Origin: an uncultured Thermococci archaeon
Lineage (GTDB): Archaea; CAYQAE01; CAYVLA01
Assembly: GCA_964549615.1 (NCBI GenBank)
Contig: CAZJVP010000094.1
Location: 1 to 52,119 of the forward strand
DNA length: 52,119 bases
Direction: 5' to 3'
In this document: positions 19,341-29,298 of the stretch, in pieces
Position numbering within the stretch: the stretch's first letter is position 1
Layout: every line of letters begins with the position of its first letter
Notes under the pieces: model-generated
Seen by the model: only the letters and a program-made list of their open reading frames with translations
Told to the model about the DNA's origin: nothing
Databases searched by the model: none
Program-made: the position numbers and the translations under genes

Positions 19341-21023
19341 CTACTTCCTTGGGGCGACGCGAAAGCTATCCAGGACATTCCCGTCGATGCTGACTGCCCT
19401 GACGGCCATGGACCTGCCCTCGACGTCCACTGCAACGTGGTGGAATGCGCTGGAATACCTCTCGTAACAGTCGACGTCGTAGACTTTGGAGTCCAGCCCG
19501 CCCCCACCGCCGCCGGTGATCACGACATGGATGTCGCCTATCCTGCCCCTTTCATAGTCGTGGCAGTGGCCATTGAACATGATCTCCAAGCCGTGCTGCT
19601 GAAACATCGGGATCAGCACGGTCCGAACCTCGGGGTTCCCGTCGAAGCTCTGCAGCCCCCATCCCACGCAGAAGCCGGGCTCGTGGAAGAATGCGATCCG
19701 GAAATCAGCCTGCTGGAACTCCGGCCTCTTCAGCTCGCTTAGCAACCAGGCGTGTTGGTCGCTGCCTTCGCAGATGTTGTCGTAGTTGTTCAGGACGAGG
19801 AACCGGCAGTTGGAGTATGTGAACGCGTAATGATCGGTGAAGCCTGGGTGCGAGAAGTAGCGAAAGAACCAGGAGAGATTGGCTTCGTTTCCCCCTCCCG
19901 CCTCGTGGTTTCCAACCACGTGGTACGATGGCACATTGCAGAAAAGTGAGGCCAGAGAATCGAAGTAGTCTCGCCAATGGGGATACAGCCTGCCGTCGGA
20001 TGCCGCATCCCCGACATTGACGACGAAATCCGGGTGATCGCTCGCCATGTTCTCTGCGATCCTCCGCGCCGTTTGCGACGAGTGCGTGTCGCCGAAAACG
20101 CAGAACCGAAAGGGCCGTGCTCGGGCCGGGGCCGTCCTGAACGCGTGGAGCGGCGTGCAGATACTGCCCGACCTCACCCTGTAGAAGTACCTCGCATCGG
20201 GCTCAAGGTCCTGGAGAGACACCTTGTGAATGGCACTGCGCCGGCCGTCTGAGGCAAGGAGGCCTAGTTGATCGGTGGTGCCGTACTCGATGACACCCTG
20301 GGTCTGCTGGCTGGTTTCCCACGCGACGACGATCGAATTCGGAGTGGGATTCTGTAGGTAAGGCAGCTTCTGGAAGAACCTCTCTTCCATCTCGGTGATT
20401 GCCTTGACGGAGAAGCCCTTGCATGCAAAGATCCCCTTCCCTTTGCAGTACAGGCCGGTTGCCCCCGGGGAAAGCCCGGGCACAACGAGGTCCCAGAGAA
20501 GCACATTGTCATGCCACACCCGAACCCTCTCACCGACCGCCTCCAGCTTTATGTCCTCGGTGATCCTGAAGTAGATGTGGGTGGGGATGTAGTCGGATTC
20601 GTACCGGTCGCGGCGAAGCTCCGTCTCGTTTCCCTGTTCAACCCTCACGAGGCGCCTGAAGCGGTCCTCTGGGTTCCTATAGTTCTTACGCTCCTCGTAC
20701 CTGACGTAGTCTCCTTCTCCAGTGTACCCGAAGACTACCCCTACCGAGCTGTCCCCAACATCACCGAGCTGGCGGATCTGTGCCTCCAAGCAGAAGCTCT
20801 GCAGAGGATGAGCTAGCACAACGCTGGGGAGAAGGATGCTACACCCTCTTTCGTTGCCCGGCGCCCGTCCGTCCTGCACGAGGAGGCCAACCTTAGCGTT
20901 ATACCAGTTTGACACGTAGCCCAGGTCCCTCTTCACCCATCCCAAAAGGGGCTTGCCTTTCTCAAAACCGTCGTGAAAAGAGAATGTGCCTGCGTCGCAG
21001 TTCTCCATCGTCTCGCCGACCAT
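19341..21023 (-). CDS. Metallophosphoesterase (purple acid phosphatase-like) with N-terminal ConA/DUF1080-like and FN3 domains
   Basis: PYLQNPT..SIVVAWET FN3 domain, then GDTH, VGD, GNHE, FHEP and GHCHDYER motifs. The ORF-track start overlaps the sulfatase, so the real start is probably ATG 21023 or 21008. Confidence 0.85.
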   Translation of the reverse strand: MVGETMENCDAGTFSFHDGFEKGKPLLGWVKRDLGYVSNWYNAKVGLLVQDGRAPGNERGCSILLPSVVLAHPLQSFCLEAQIRQLGDVGDSSVGVVFGYTGEGDYVRYEERKNYRNPEDRFRRLVRVEQGNETELRRDRYESDYIPTHIYFRITEDIKLEAVGERVRVWHDNVLLWDLVVPGLSPGATGLYCKGKGIFACKGFSVKAITEMEERFFQKLPYLQNPTPNSIVVAWETSQQTQGVIEYGTTDQLGLLASDGRRSAIHKVSLQDLEPDARYFYRVRSGSICTPLHAFRTAPARARPFRFCVFGDTHSSQTARRIAENMASDHPDFVVNVGDAASDGRLYPHWRDYFDSLASLFCNVPSYHVVGNHEAGGGNEANLSWFFRYFSHPGFTDHYAFTYSNCRFLVLNNYDNICEGSDQHAWLLSELKRPEFQQADFRIAFFHEPGFCVGWGLQSFDGNPEVRTVLIPMFQQHGLEIMFNGHCHDYERGRIGDIHVVITGGGGGGLDSKVYDVDCYERYSSAFHHVAVDVEGRSMAVRAVSIDGNVLDSFRVAPRK

Positions 21024-21126
21024 GCATCGACCAACCCATACGCGACCGAAAAATGGCTCCACACAAGCAGGCACACAGATTTCAGGCATCGGCCTGATCG
21101 CGCAAGAGCAAACTGAGGAAATCGGC

Positions 21127-22605
21127 ATGCGCATTCTGTACATAGATCTGGACTGTTGCCGGGCCGACCATCTGGGCTGCAATGGATACCCAAGGAACAC
21201 GAGCCCAAACATAGACGCGATCGCAAGTGAAGGCGTCACCTTCTCAAACTGCCACTGCGCCAACTCCCCCTGCGTTCCCTCGCGGGCCAGCCTTTTCCTA
21301 GGCCGCTTCGGAATCAACACGGGCATCGTGGCGCACCATGGGATAGGAGAACAGCTCCGCTGGACCGACATGTACCGAAGCCACCACTCGGACATGGAGC
21401 GCCCCACCCTGCCCATGCAGGTCTGGATGAGCGGCATGAGGACGGTGACCTTCAGTTGTTTCCACCACCGCCACAACGCATGGTGGTTTACGGCCGGCTG
21501 GGAGGAGATCCACACATTCACAAGAAAGCGAGGACGGGAGACGGCCGACGAGGTGAATGCTGCGTTCCTTCCCTGGCTTCGCGCAAATGGCAAGGCCGAC
21601 AACTGGTTCGCACATGTCCATTACTGGGATCTTCACAGCAGCTATCGCACACCTCCCGAGTGGATCGAAAGGTTCAAAGACTCGCCCGGGCCGCGCTGGC
21701 CCGATCAGGCGACAATCGATCGACATCAGTCAATGTACGGCCCGAGGACGGCGGTGGACCTCTACACCGGGTATGAAAGCCGCAAGGGGGATGGACCGGC
21801 GCGCCCCGTGGACTACATGCCCGACGCCATAAGAAGCGAGGACGACCTGAAGATGCTGGTCGATGGTTATGACGGGTCCCTCGCGTATGCGGATCACCAC
21901 ATTGGCCAGTTGGTTCAAAGCCTCGATGACCTCGGAGTCTTGGACGAAACGGCCATCATCGTCAGCGGGGATCACGGCGATTCATTCGGCGAACACGGAC
22001 AGTACATGGACCACGGCATCGCCAACGAGGCCGTCCACAACATCCCGATGGTCGTCAGATGGCCGGGAGTTACCAGAAAGGGCCGCTGCGATTCGCTGAT
22101 CTACGGCATGGACCTTGCGCCCACCCTGTGCGACATGCTCGGGTTTCGCATCCCGTCGAAGTGGGATGGCCGGTCCTTCGCTCCCGCGCTCAGGGGAGAG
22201 GACTTCCGCGGGTGGCCATACCAGGTTTGGGATCACGGCATCTACACCTTCACGCGGGCCGTCAGGACGCCCAGCTGGCTCATGATTACGGTGCTGCACC
22301 CCGGCCTTTACCCCTACGACGATCCGGTCATGTTACACGACCTCAAGTCCGACCCACACCAGGAGATCAACCTAGCCCGAGATGAACCCGTGGTCGTGGA
22401 CGATCTTTTCCGCTTGCTTGAGGGGTGGCGGGAAGAACAACTAGCGAAGGGCGGGGGGCCGGACCCACTCCTCCAGATGGTTCAGGAGGGACCCTTCATC
22501 TACTACACCCCCGAGCAGATGTTCGCCCGGCTTGAGCGCACGGGGCGATCGCACATCATACCCGAACTCAAGGCACGGCTCAACAAGTACCACCCCGGCC
22601 GTTAG
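21127..22605 (+). CDS. Cys-type sulfatase (formylglycine-dependent)
   Basis: ILYIDLDCCRADHL, CVPSRASL (CxPxR), HYWDLH, SGDHG and LHDL..DP.QE.NLA motifs. The ATG at 21127 follows GAGGA. Confidence 0.93.
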   Translation: MRILYIDLDCCRADHLGCNGYPRNTSPNIDAIASEGVTFSNCHCANSPCVPSRASLFLGRFGINTGIVAHHGIGEQLRWTDMYRSHHSDMERPTLPMQVWMSGMRTVTFSCFHHRHNAWWFTAGWEEIHTFTRKRGRETADEVNAAFLPWLRANGKADNWFAHVHYWDLHSSYRTPPEWIERFKDSPGPRWPDQATIDRHQSMYGPRTAVDLYTGYESRKGDGPARPVDYMPDAIRSEDDLKMLVDGYDGSLAYADHHIGQLVQSLDDLGVLDETAIIVSGDHGDSFGEHGQYMDHGIANEAVHNIPMVVRWPGVTRKGRCDSLIYGMDLAPTLCDMLGFRIPSKWDGRSFAPALRGEDFRGWPYQVWDHGIYTFTRAVRTPSWLMITVLHPGLYPYDDPVMLHDLKSDPHQEINLARDEPVVVDDLFRLLEGWREEQLAKGGGPDPLLQMVQEGPFIYYTPEQMFARLERTGRSHIIPELKARLNKYHPGR

Positions 22606-22714
22606 GCATAGCTCCAAACCCGCCGGCGGATCACACCCTGGGCCAGAAGACACGGCTCGGTCCGCGAGCGAGAAAAAGCTAATACCGGCCCGTCGTCCCG
22701 CATGGTGACCGGCA

Positions 22715-23842
22715 GTGGAACTCAGCGAGATCGTGTCGCAGACCTTCCTAGGCCCCTGGCAGGAAAGCCTACAAAGCCCTGACCGCGCTCAGGAAGAACT
22801 CCTCGCCAAGCTACTCTCAGGCTACGCCTGCACGCGCTACGGTACGGACCACCGTGCCCAGGACTGCGCAACAGTCGACGAGTACCGGCGAAGGTTTCCG
22901 CCAGTCACGTACACCGACCTCGTGCCCCACTTCAACGAGGTAAGGTTGGGCAACTACGCGGCCATACTCCCAGAGCCTCCTGAAGCATGGGTGATGACCC
23001 GCGGCACGACCGGAACGCGCAAAGTCATCCCAGTCACCAAGACCCACCTTCGCCAGATCATGACCTGCGGCGCTAGGGCGCTGCTGAACTTCTCTGTTCG
23101 CCACCGAGATGCTCGGATCCTCGACGGCGCGATCCTCAACCTGAACTTTCCGTCAGTTGTGGACACCATGCTGGTCGACGGCGTTAAGGTATCCTACGGC
23201 TACAGCTCTGGCACATACGCGAGGCTGAACCCAAGCCTGCGCCAGACCTTTCTCCTCCCCAGGCAAGAGGACATAGACGCCCTCGGCCCGGGCATCACGA
23301 GACGCGACTGGTTGGCCCGTTTCGAGCTGGTCTACCAGAGGGCAAAGGAACAGAACGTTACGGGCGTCATGGGCGTCTGCCCCGTCATCACGTCGTTTGC
23401 AAGGTACTGCAAGAGGAAGCACGGGGCCTACCCCAAGGATACTTGGCAGATGCGTGCCCTATTCTGCACGAGCGTGCCGAAGATCCACACCAGATACGAG
23501 CCGATCCTCAAGGCCCAGTACGGCGACGTACCCGTCGTTGAAATGTACACCGCTACCGAGGGGGCGTTTGCCCAGCAGCGCGACGAGCTGCCATATCTCG
23601 CGCCCAACTATGATGCCTATCTCTTCGAAGTCGAGCTTGGCTCGGATACCGTGATGCTTCACGAGATGAGACCCGGAGAATGGGGGAGACTGTTGGTCTC
23701 CTCCTGCCTCTTCCCCCGATACAGGATCGGCGATCTGATTGAGTGCATGGGCAAGCAGTACTTCAGGGTGTTCGGAAGGGACCGGCTCAGGACCCGCCTG
23801 GAACATGTGTTGTACAGGGCGCTTACCCGTTGGTTCCACTAG
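22715..23842 (+). CDS. GH3 (auxin-responsive / acyl-acid amido synthetase) family adenylate-forming protein, short form
   Basis: AQEELL..LL..YA.T.YG, MTRGTTG.RKVIP P-loop, EMYTATEG and RYRIGDLI motifs. Confidence 0.82.
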   Translation: MELSEIVSQTFLGPWQESLQSPDRAQEELLAKLLSGYACTRYGTDHRAQDCATVDEYRRRFPPVTYTDLVPHFNEVRLGNYAAILPEPPEAWVMTRGTTGTRKVIPVTKTHLRQIMTCGARALLNFSVRHRDARILDGAILNLNFPSVVDTMLVDGVKVSYGYSSGTYARLNPSLRQTFLLPRQEDIDALGPGITRRDWLARFELVYQRAKEQNVTGVMGVCPVITSFARYCKRKHGAYPKDTWQMRALFCTSVPKIHTRYEPILKAQYGDVPVVEMYTATEGAFAQQRDELPYLAPNYDAYLFEVELGSDTVMLHEMRPGEWGRLLVSSCLFPRYRIGDLIECMGKQYFRVFGRDRLRTRLEHVLYRALTRWFH

Positions 23843-24348
23843 GGCTTAGGGCTCCGCCTGGCCGCCGAGATCCCGCCCGCCACCACGATGATCCCGAACG
23901 CTATCAGCACAAGCGGCCACCATTCCTCGACTCCGGCAATCCCCCCCAAGCCAATCGCGCAAAGAATCAGCCCCCCGATGAGCGAACCCATCCTGGGGCC
24001 CCTGAAGGCCGCCGTCGACCGGAGCACAGCCTGACCGAGCAGTATGCATCCGATGCCGAACAGGAAGTACGGCCAGATCTCACCCTGGGGCAGCATATCC
24101 GCCTGCTGCAAGAGAACAAGGCTCCCCAGGAGTATGAGGATCAAACCGCCAACGAGAGGGGCGGACCGGTCTCCCTTCTCATGCTTTTCGCCCTTCTCCT
24201 CCTTCTCGTCCTTCTCCCCCTTCTCCTCCTTCTCGCCCTTCTCGCGCCTCCCCTTCGTCGCGCCTGCGGCTGCCACCGGGGCGCCGCACGAGGGGCAGAA
24301 CTTCGAATCATCCGCGAGCTGGGCTCCGCACTTCGAGCAGAATGGCAT
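23839..24348 (-). CDS. Zinc-ribbon membrane protein with EK repeats and 4 TM (LiaF/DUF5668-like)
   Basis: CSKCG...FCPSCG, then EKx repeats, GGLILILLG, IWPYFL and WWPLVLI. Confidence 0.85.
   Translation of the reverse strand: MPFCSKCGAQLADDSKFCPSCGAPVAAAGATKGRREKGEKEEKGEKDEKEEKGEKHEKGDRSAPLVGGLILILLGSLVLLQQADMLPQGEIWPYFLFGIGCILLGQAVLRSTAAFRGPRMGSLIGGLILCAIGLGGIAGVEEWWPLVLIAFGIIVVAGGISAARRSPKP
24172..24243 (-). repeat. Imperfect 9-nt in-frame tandem repeat (GAGAAGnnn, about 8 copies) encoding EKG/EKE/EKD/EKH
   Basis: Protein EKGEKEEKGEKDEKEEKGEKHEKG. The plus strand shows CTTCTC every 9 nt. Confidence 0.75.
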
Positions 24349-24470
24349 TCAGATCCCGTGTTCGAATCTCCCGGGGTTAATAAGAATTTCCCGAGACGAA
24401 CGGACCAGATCGCGCGCCCTGCCAGCGCGGGAATGACAGACCCCGGAGAGCGGACCGCATGGACCGCGTC

Positions 24471-26867
24471 CTACTGACCCTCCACGATGAATCCGTGGTA
24501 CCTGCCCATCCAGTAGGGCATCAGGAAGTAGGCTCCGTCGCCCTCGCTCCGTCCCTCGCCGCCCCAGTCCAGGTTGTAGGGGTTGGCGTTCCATCTCCTC
24601 ATGTTCCGGTTCTCGAAGGGGAGGGTGAAGACTTCCCCGGCCGCCAGCCGGGCTCGCACGTCGGATCTCTGGTAGTTAGATACGCCCCAGTCGAGAAGGT
24701 CGGGCGACATCCCCCTGAGTTCCTCCACCGACTCCTCCAGGTCGAAGTCGGCCCGGGTCGAGGCGCCATAGACGAAGTTGAAGAACGGGCTCCGTTCGGG
24801 CCTCTCTATCTGCCAGCTCCTCTCTATGCTCTTAAGGTAGATGGCACGAAGGGCGGGATCATCCTCGTACAGCAGCAAGGGATAGTAGGCCAGGAAGGCC
24901 AGCTCGTCGTCCGAGTGGTTGACATGTCCCGGCGGCAGTATCTTCTGGGAAATGATATTCAGGTGATAGTGGTGCTTCTCGATCAACTCTCGGTACGCGG
25001 CCTCGTACCTCTCCTGGCCCGTCATGTGGATAGCCACCTTCAGATGGGATAGGATCTCCAGAGCGTTGAGGCCGTGCTCCTCGGACCATGCTGGATCGTC
25101 GTTGATCTCCTTGGGGTTCCATACGCCCCATCGGGTTCTCTTGCCGTCCAGGTCCACGAGGTAGAAGGCATGGTCTATGATGTGGTCGGTGATGCGCCTT
25201 ACCAGGGCGGCCACATCTTGCTTCTCCTCCTTGTCGGCCACGAGGTCGTAGTAGATCGAGTAGGCAAAGTAGTGGCCGTCGATCTCGTCCGAACTGGTGT
25301 CGCCCTTCCAGTCCCATGATGGGTCGACGCTGCTCTGGTGCCACTCGCCCCCCGATTTCGCCACGTTCGTGGAGTCCCTCCTCACAGCGGCGCGGGCCGG
25401 AAAGCCCTCGATCCCCGTGAGCTGCTCGAGCCTCCTCATCGCCTCATAGCACTCCTTGGCATTCTCCTTGGCCTTCGGGTCGCCCGTGACGGCGTACCTG
25501 AAGGACTCGGCTGCAAGGTAGATGCCGGTCCAAAGTCCATCGTTGTCGCTCGCATCATAGGTCCAGCTCGAGAAGTCACCGGGGGCCGGTAGGTCTATGA
25601 ACTCGATGTAGCCGTCCCTCACATGCCTTGCCTGCACGATGTCGTTGATGAGGTCGGCCTTTTCCTGGAGCGTCATCCACCTCCCGTAGATCCTCCCCAC
25701 CCCATCCGGCGTCCCGATCCAAAGCGAGCCATCAGGACCGACAACCAGCGACCTGACGTCGTCGTTCGGCACCCAGCGGCGGCCCTGGTAGTAATGCCAT
25801 CTGCCATCCCTCAGTTCGCACAAACCAAACGAGGTCCCAACCCAGATCGTCCCATTCGTCCCGAAGCCAATACACTGCGCATCCTCGTAGGGAAGGCCGT
25901 TCTCGCCGGTGAACGAGTAGTAGTAATCCCTCCCGTCGAAGACGTTGACCCCGCCCGCGCTGCAGGCCCAGACGTCGCCGACATCGCTGACCGCCAGCAT
26001 CCTGACATCTGCCGAAAGCAGACCCATGGATCCCGAACGGCCGGTGAGGTTCTTCCACGCCTCGCCGTCGAAAATCCACAGGCCCCGGTCGGTTCCGGCA
26101 ATGACCGAGTCCCTCAGGGACACAATCGACCTTACGCTCAGGTTCCGCGTGGTTGGGTCCCACGACCATCGGCCTGACTCCAAGACGGCAATCCCGCGGT
26201 CGGACCCGAGCCAGATCCTGCCGCCTGCGTCCTTGGCGAGCGCGGTCGCCCTCCGATCCCCAATCCCATCGCCGAGAGGCGCCCATTTCCCGCCCTCAAG
26301 GACATAGGTGCCGCCTTCGAGTCCGGCTAGGAGCGAACCGTCTCCGCCCAACGCCAGGCAGCATGCAGCACCGTCCGGGAGGCCTTTGCCTTCCTTCCTC
26401 CAAGCTTTGTCAAGGCGGTATACACCGTCCTCGGCGGCTGCCCAGACCTCTCCAGCAAACACCTCCAGATCCCTTATCTCAACACCTTCCATCCGCAAGT
26501 CCGCTCCCAACTCCTCCCGGAAGTACTGAAGGTACGGCCCGATCCTCAAGCTCCTGTTACTCAAGCCAACCAAGGTTTTCTCCCTCCTAGGCAAGACCAT
26601 GTACCCGGCAGCCAGACAGATAACTACCGCGACGGATGCTCCGAAGAGAGCCAGCCTACGCCGTGAAGGCAGTCTCCCAGCCCGCCCAGCGCCGGCGGGA
26701 CAGGAATGCTTTCTCGCCGAGACGTGTTCGTGGCAAAAGATCCCCCCGCAGGCCCGGCATATGCTGGGCCTGTAGAGCGGCTTGCCGCACGCCTGGCATC
26801 TTCCGGCCCTCTCAGTCTCCCTCTTCTGAACCGCCAAACCACCGCACCTTCTGGGGGACGATGACAC
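24471..26867 (-). CDS. AN1 zinc finger, TM helix, regulator-type beta-propeller and putative (alpha/alpha) barrel enzyme
   Basis: CQAC-x9-CRAC-x4-C-x2-H-x5-H-x-C, TM LALFGASVAVVICLAAGYMVL, repeats IWLGS..G / IWVGT..G / LWIGT..G, and C-terminal SDNDGLWTG, WKGDTSSDE, NHSDDEL. Confidence 0.8.
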   Translation of the reverse strand: MSSSPRRCGGLAVQKRETERAGRCQACGKPLYRPSICRACGGIFCHEHVSARKHSCPAGAGRAGRLPSRRRLALFGASVAVVICLAAGYMVLPRREKTLVGLSNRSLRIGPYLQYFREELGADLRMEGVEIRDLEVFAGEVWAAAEDGVYRLDKAWRKEGKGLPDGAACCLALGGDGSLLAGLEGGTYVLEGGKWAPLGDGIGDRRATALAKDAGGRIWLGSDRGIAVLESGRWSWDPTTRNLSVRSIVSLRDSVIAGTDRGLWIFDGEAWKNLTGRSGSMGLLSADVRMLAVSDVGDVWACSAGGVNVFDGRDYYYSFTGENGLPYEDAQCIGFGTNGTIWVGTSFGLCELRDGRWHYYQGRRWVPNDDVRSLVVGPDGSLWIGTPDGVGRIYGRWMTLQEKADLINDIVQARHVRDGYIEFIDLPAPGDFSSWTYDASDNDGLWTGIYLAAESFRYAVTGDPKAKENAKECYEAMRRLEQLTGIEGFPARAAVRRDSTNVAKSGGEWHQSSVDPSWDWKGDTSSDEIDGHYFAYSIYYDLVADKEEKQDVAALVRRITDHIIDHAFYLVDLDGKRTRWGVWNPKEINDDPAWSEEHGLNALEILSHLKVAIHMTGQERYEAAYRELIEKHHYHLNIISQKILPPGHVNHSDDELAFLAYYPLLLYEDDPALRAIYLKSIERSWQIERPERSPFFNFVYGASTRADFDLEESVEELRGMSPDLLDWGVSNYQRSDVRARLAAGEVFTLPFENRNMRRWNANPYNLDWGGEGRSEGDGAYFLMPYWMGRYHGFIVEGQ

Positions 26868-26870
26868 AAG

Positions 26871-27911
26871 CTAAACGTACCATTGAAGGCTCCGACCCAT
26901 GTAGGACATCAGCGATGCGAAGAGATCCTTCGCATCGCGGTCCATCCCCGTCCTTTCGATCAACCTCAGGGCCCTCCCTGCATGCCGGGCTGCGATCTTC
27001 CTTGCCCCATCCACTGCGCCCGCGTCCCGGAGGACTGCCCTGAACGTCTTCAGACTGGTCTTGGACGACCTCAGAGCTGCAAGCTGATCGCCAGATGCAT
27101 TTCGGAGCGCCAAGACGACGTGCAAAGGCCTCTTGAGCGTCTTGAGATCGGATCCCGGCTGCCTGCCGTACTCCCGCGCAGCTGAGAAGACGTCGATGAT
27201 GTCATCCTGGATGTCGAAGGCAAAGCCCATCTGCTCTCCGGCCTTTCCAAGGAGCTCTAGGTCTCGATGGGCACCTGAAAGCAACCCCCCTATCCGGAGA
27301 GTTGCCCTGAAGAGGGACGCCGCTCGCCTCGAGGCCATCAGCCGCCATGTTCTCAAGTCCACGTCCGCGCCCTCCATCCACAGGTCAAGGGCCTGGCTTT
27401 CGTTGACATCCGAGTATGCCTTCGTCATCTCGCCAACGATGGCGATGGCTAGATCGTTGCCCAAGTCGGAGCCAAGGACCCGAGACAGCGAGAGACAGAA
27501 CGCGATGTTGCCCCCGAACACCGAGCATCCGAGCCCAAGGCGATCGTCCCGGAGCTCGGCATACTTGCGGTTGAGCGTCGGACCACCCCTGCGCGCCTCG
27601 TCCCCGTCCACCAGGTCGTCGTGTATCAGAATGCTGTGCCGATACAGCTCGACCGCGTCGCACGCAACGGCCAAGGCGTCTGGATCCCGAAAGCCATAAC
27701 CCCTGCACACGAGTGCGACGGTAAACGAGGCGATCCGCTTGCCGCCCCTCAGGGCGAATTCGCAGATCGAGTCATAGATGTCGGCGATCAGGGGATGATA
27801 CCGTGCCCTCCGTTGCGGTCCTGCGAGAAACCGCGCAAGGCTGGACTCCGCCCACGCAGAGTGTTTCTCGAGCTCCTTCTCCAGGATTCCGGTCGAACAT
27901 GCCGCCGACAA
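26871..27911 (-). CDS. Polyprenyl diphosphate synthase (GGPP synthase-like)
   Basis: GGKR, FARM LIHDDLVD..RRG and SARM IQDDIID. The in-frame TTG at 27911 lies 24 nt after TTTATAT. Confidence 0.9.
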   Translation of the reverse strand: MSAACSTGILEKELEKHSAWAESSLARFLAGPQRRARYHPLIADIYDSICEFALRGGKRIASFTVALVCRGYGFRDPDALAVACDAVELYRHSILIHDDLVDGDEARRGGPTLNRKYAELRDDRLGLGCSVFGGNIAFCLSLSRVLGSDLGNDLAIAIVGEMTKAYSDVNESQALDLWMEGADVDLRTWRLMASRRAASLFRATLRIGGLLSGAHRDLELLGKAGEQMGFAFDIQDDIIDVFSAAREYGRQPGSDLKTLKRPLHVVLALRNASGDQLAALRSSKTSLKTFRAVLRDAGAVDGARKIAARHAGRALRLIERTGMDRDAKDLFASLMSYMGRSLQWYV

Positions 27912-27935
27912 TGGCCGAGTCTCAGGTCGGCTCGG

Positions 27936-27942
27936 ATATAAA
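27936..27942 (-). promoter_or_regulatory. TATA box (TTTATAT) for the polyprenyl synthase
   Basis: Leaderless spacing to the TTG at 27911. Confidence 0.55.
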
Positions 27943-28047
27943 CCTTCCTGCCCGCCGGTGCCGGCCCTGGCCTGTCCAAGGCAGGAATTCGTTGATCGAC
28001 CGCGTTCAAATGGCTCGTCGCCCGACGTGGGAGAAGGAAGCAACTGT

Positions 28048-29298
28048 CTACCTAGCTCTGGTCGTCCCTGCCTCCCGGTACAGCATCCTCCTTATCATCA
28101 GGGCGTACAGGACGGATCCTGCAGCCATCGAGGTTCCCATGACGGCGCACCATTCGATGACGTAGATCCACAGGAGCGCCCTGTCCTTCGACTTGATGGC
28201 CTCATCAGCCAGCTTCGACAGGGCATTCAGGGCGCCTTCGATTGACTCCCGAGCCTCGTCAAGTTCAACCCGGCGGAAGTAGAGATCGCCGGCAGCTTTA
28301 TCCGCATCGATCTGGCTGAGCTTGTCATACAGGCTCTTCGAGCTTGCACCGAACTTCTCAGCGAAATCTATCACCGATATCACGAATAGCCTCTTCTCCC
28401 TGTAGTTGGCCAGCGAGATCCTTACGAGATGGTCTAGCTCCATGTCTTGAGGTATCGGCAGCCTCGCGGGAAAGTAGGCCATGTGGGCTAGGAAGTCGGC
28501 GCAGTACTCCCACCTGTAGAAGTCGGTCACCCCGTTGCCTCCCCAGTCGAACACCAAGGCCACGGACCTTCCCCTCCCAGGGTCCCAGGTTGCGATCATG
28601 GGGCTTCCCGGTGGATTCCTGTCCATGCGGGCGAGGACCTGGCCACCCTGCCTTTCGAACACCCTGTTGTGGGCGTAGAAGTACACCGTATTCCAGGGCT
28701 TGCCCTTGAAGAGAGGGTGCTCCGGATTCTCGGGGACCAGCCTGAAGACTTTGCCTAGGTCCCACCCCTTGCGGTCCTCGGAGCACTCAACAGGGAGGAT
28801 CTCCCCAACGGGGGTCGGCCCCCAGCTTGGGCAAGGACCCCAGCTCCCCTCCTTGCCGCCGAAGCTGGCTGGCCCGTCCACCATCATGAAACCCAGTCCG
28901 CCCTCCACAACGGAGTCCTTGATCCAGAACTTGAACTCATTCTTGAGATGATGGCTCTGCGCATCGGCAATTATGACCTCATCGTAGTCCGAAAGAAGGT
29001 TGGACCTGCTCCGAGGAAGGTACATCCTGTAGTACCTTAGAGCCAGCTCGACGCCCTTCTGATCCGTGCCCAGGATCCCGATCTCGCTTGGAACGGGCGT
29101 CACCTCGATCCTTGGGTCATCGCTGTAGTACGGGGTGGGAAATCCCGGGGCCATGAACGAATCCCCGAGGAAGAGGAGCCGGATGGCCCCGGTCTCCGGG
29201 TCGACCTTCGGCTGACCCAGCGCAGGAACGCAAACCACCAGGATGGATGAAAGGAATAGAGCTGCCGCCGCGCTATTCCGCATCATGCCCCTGGTCAT
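28048..29298 (-). CDS. Exported GATase1-like (DUF1355-like) protein with helical stalk and C-terminal TM anchor
   Basis: Signal peptide, GGLGFMMVDGPASFGG..WGPTPVGEILPV, WDPGRGRS, and tail ALLWIYVIEW...RRMLYRE. Confidence 0.8.
   Translation of the reverse strand: MTRGMMRNSAAAALFLSSILVVCVPALGQPKVDPETGAIRLLFLGDSFMAPGFPTPYYSDDPRIEVTPVPSEIGILGTDQKGVELALRYYRMYLPRSRSNLLSDYDEVIIADAQSHHLKNEFKFWIKDSVVEGGLGFMMVDGPASFGGKEGSWGPCPSWGPTPVGEILPVECSEDRKGWDLGKVFRLVPENPEHPLFKGKPWNTVYFYAHNRVFERQGGQVLARMDRNPPGSPMIATWDPGRGRSVALVFDWGGNGVTDFYRWEYCADFLAHMAYFPARLPIPQDMELDHLVRISLANYREKRLFVISVIDFAEKFGASSKSLYDKLSQIDADKAAGDLYFRRVELDEARESIEGALNALSKLADEAIKSKDRALLWIYVIEWCAVMGTSMAAGSVLYALMIRRMLYREAGTTRAR

Noticed and set aside
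21024-21602. Long antisense overlap between the 753-aa and 539-aa ORFs
   Set aside because: Artefact of longest-ORF starts. The motif-supported starts do not overlap.
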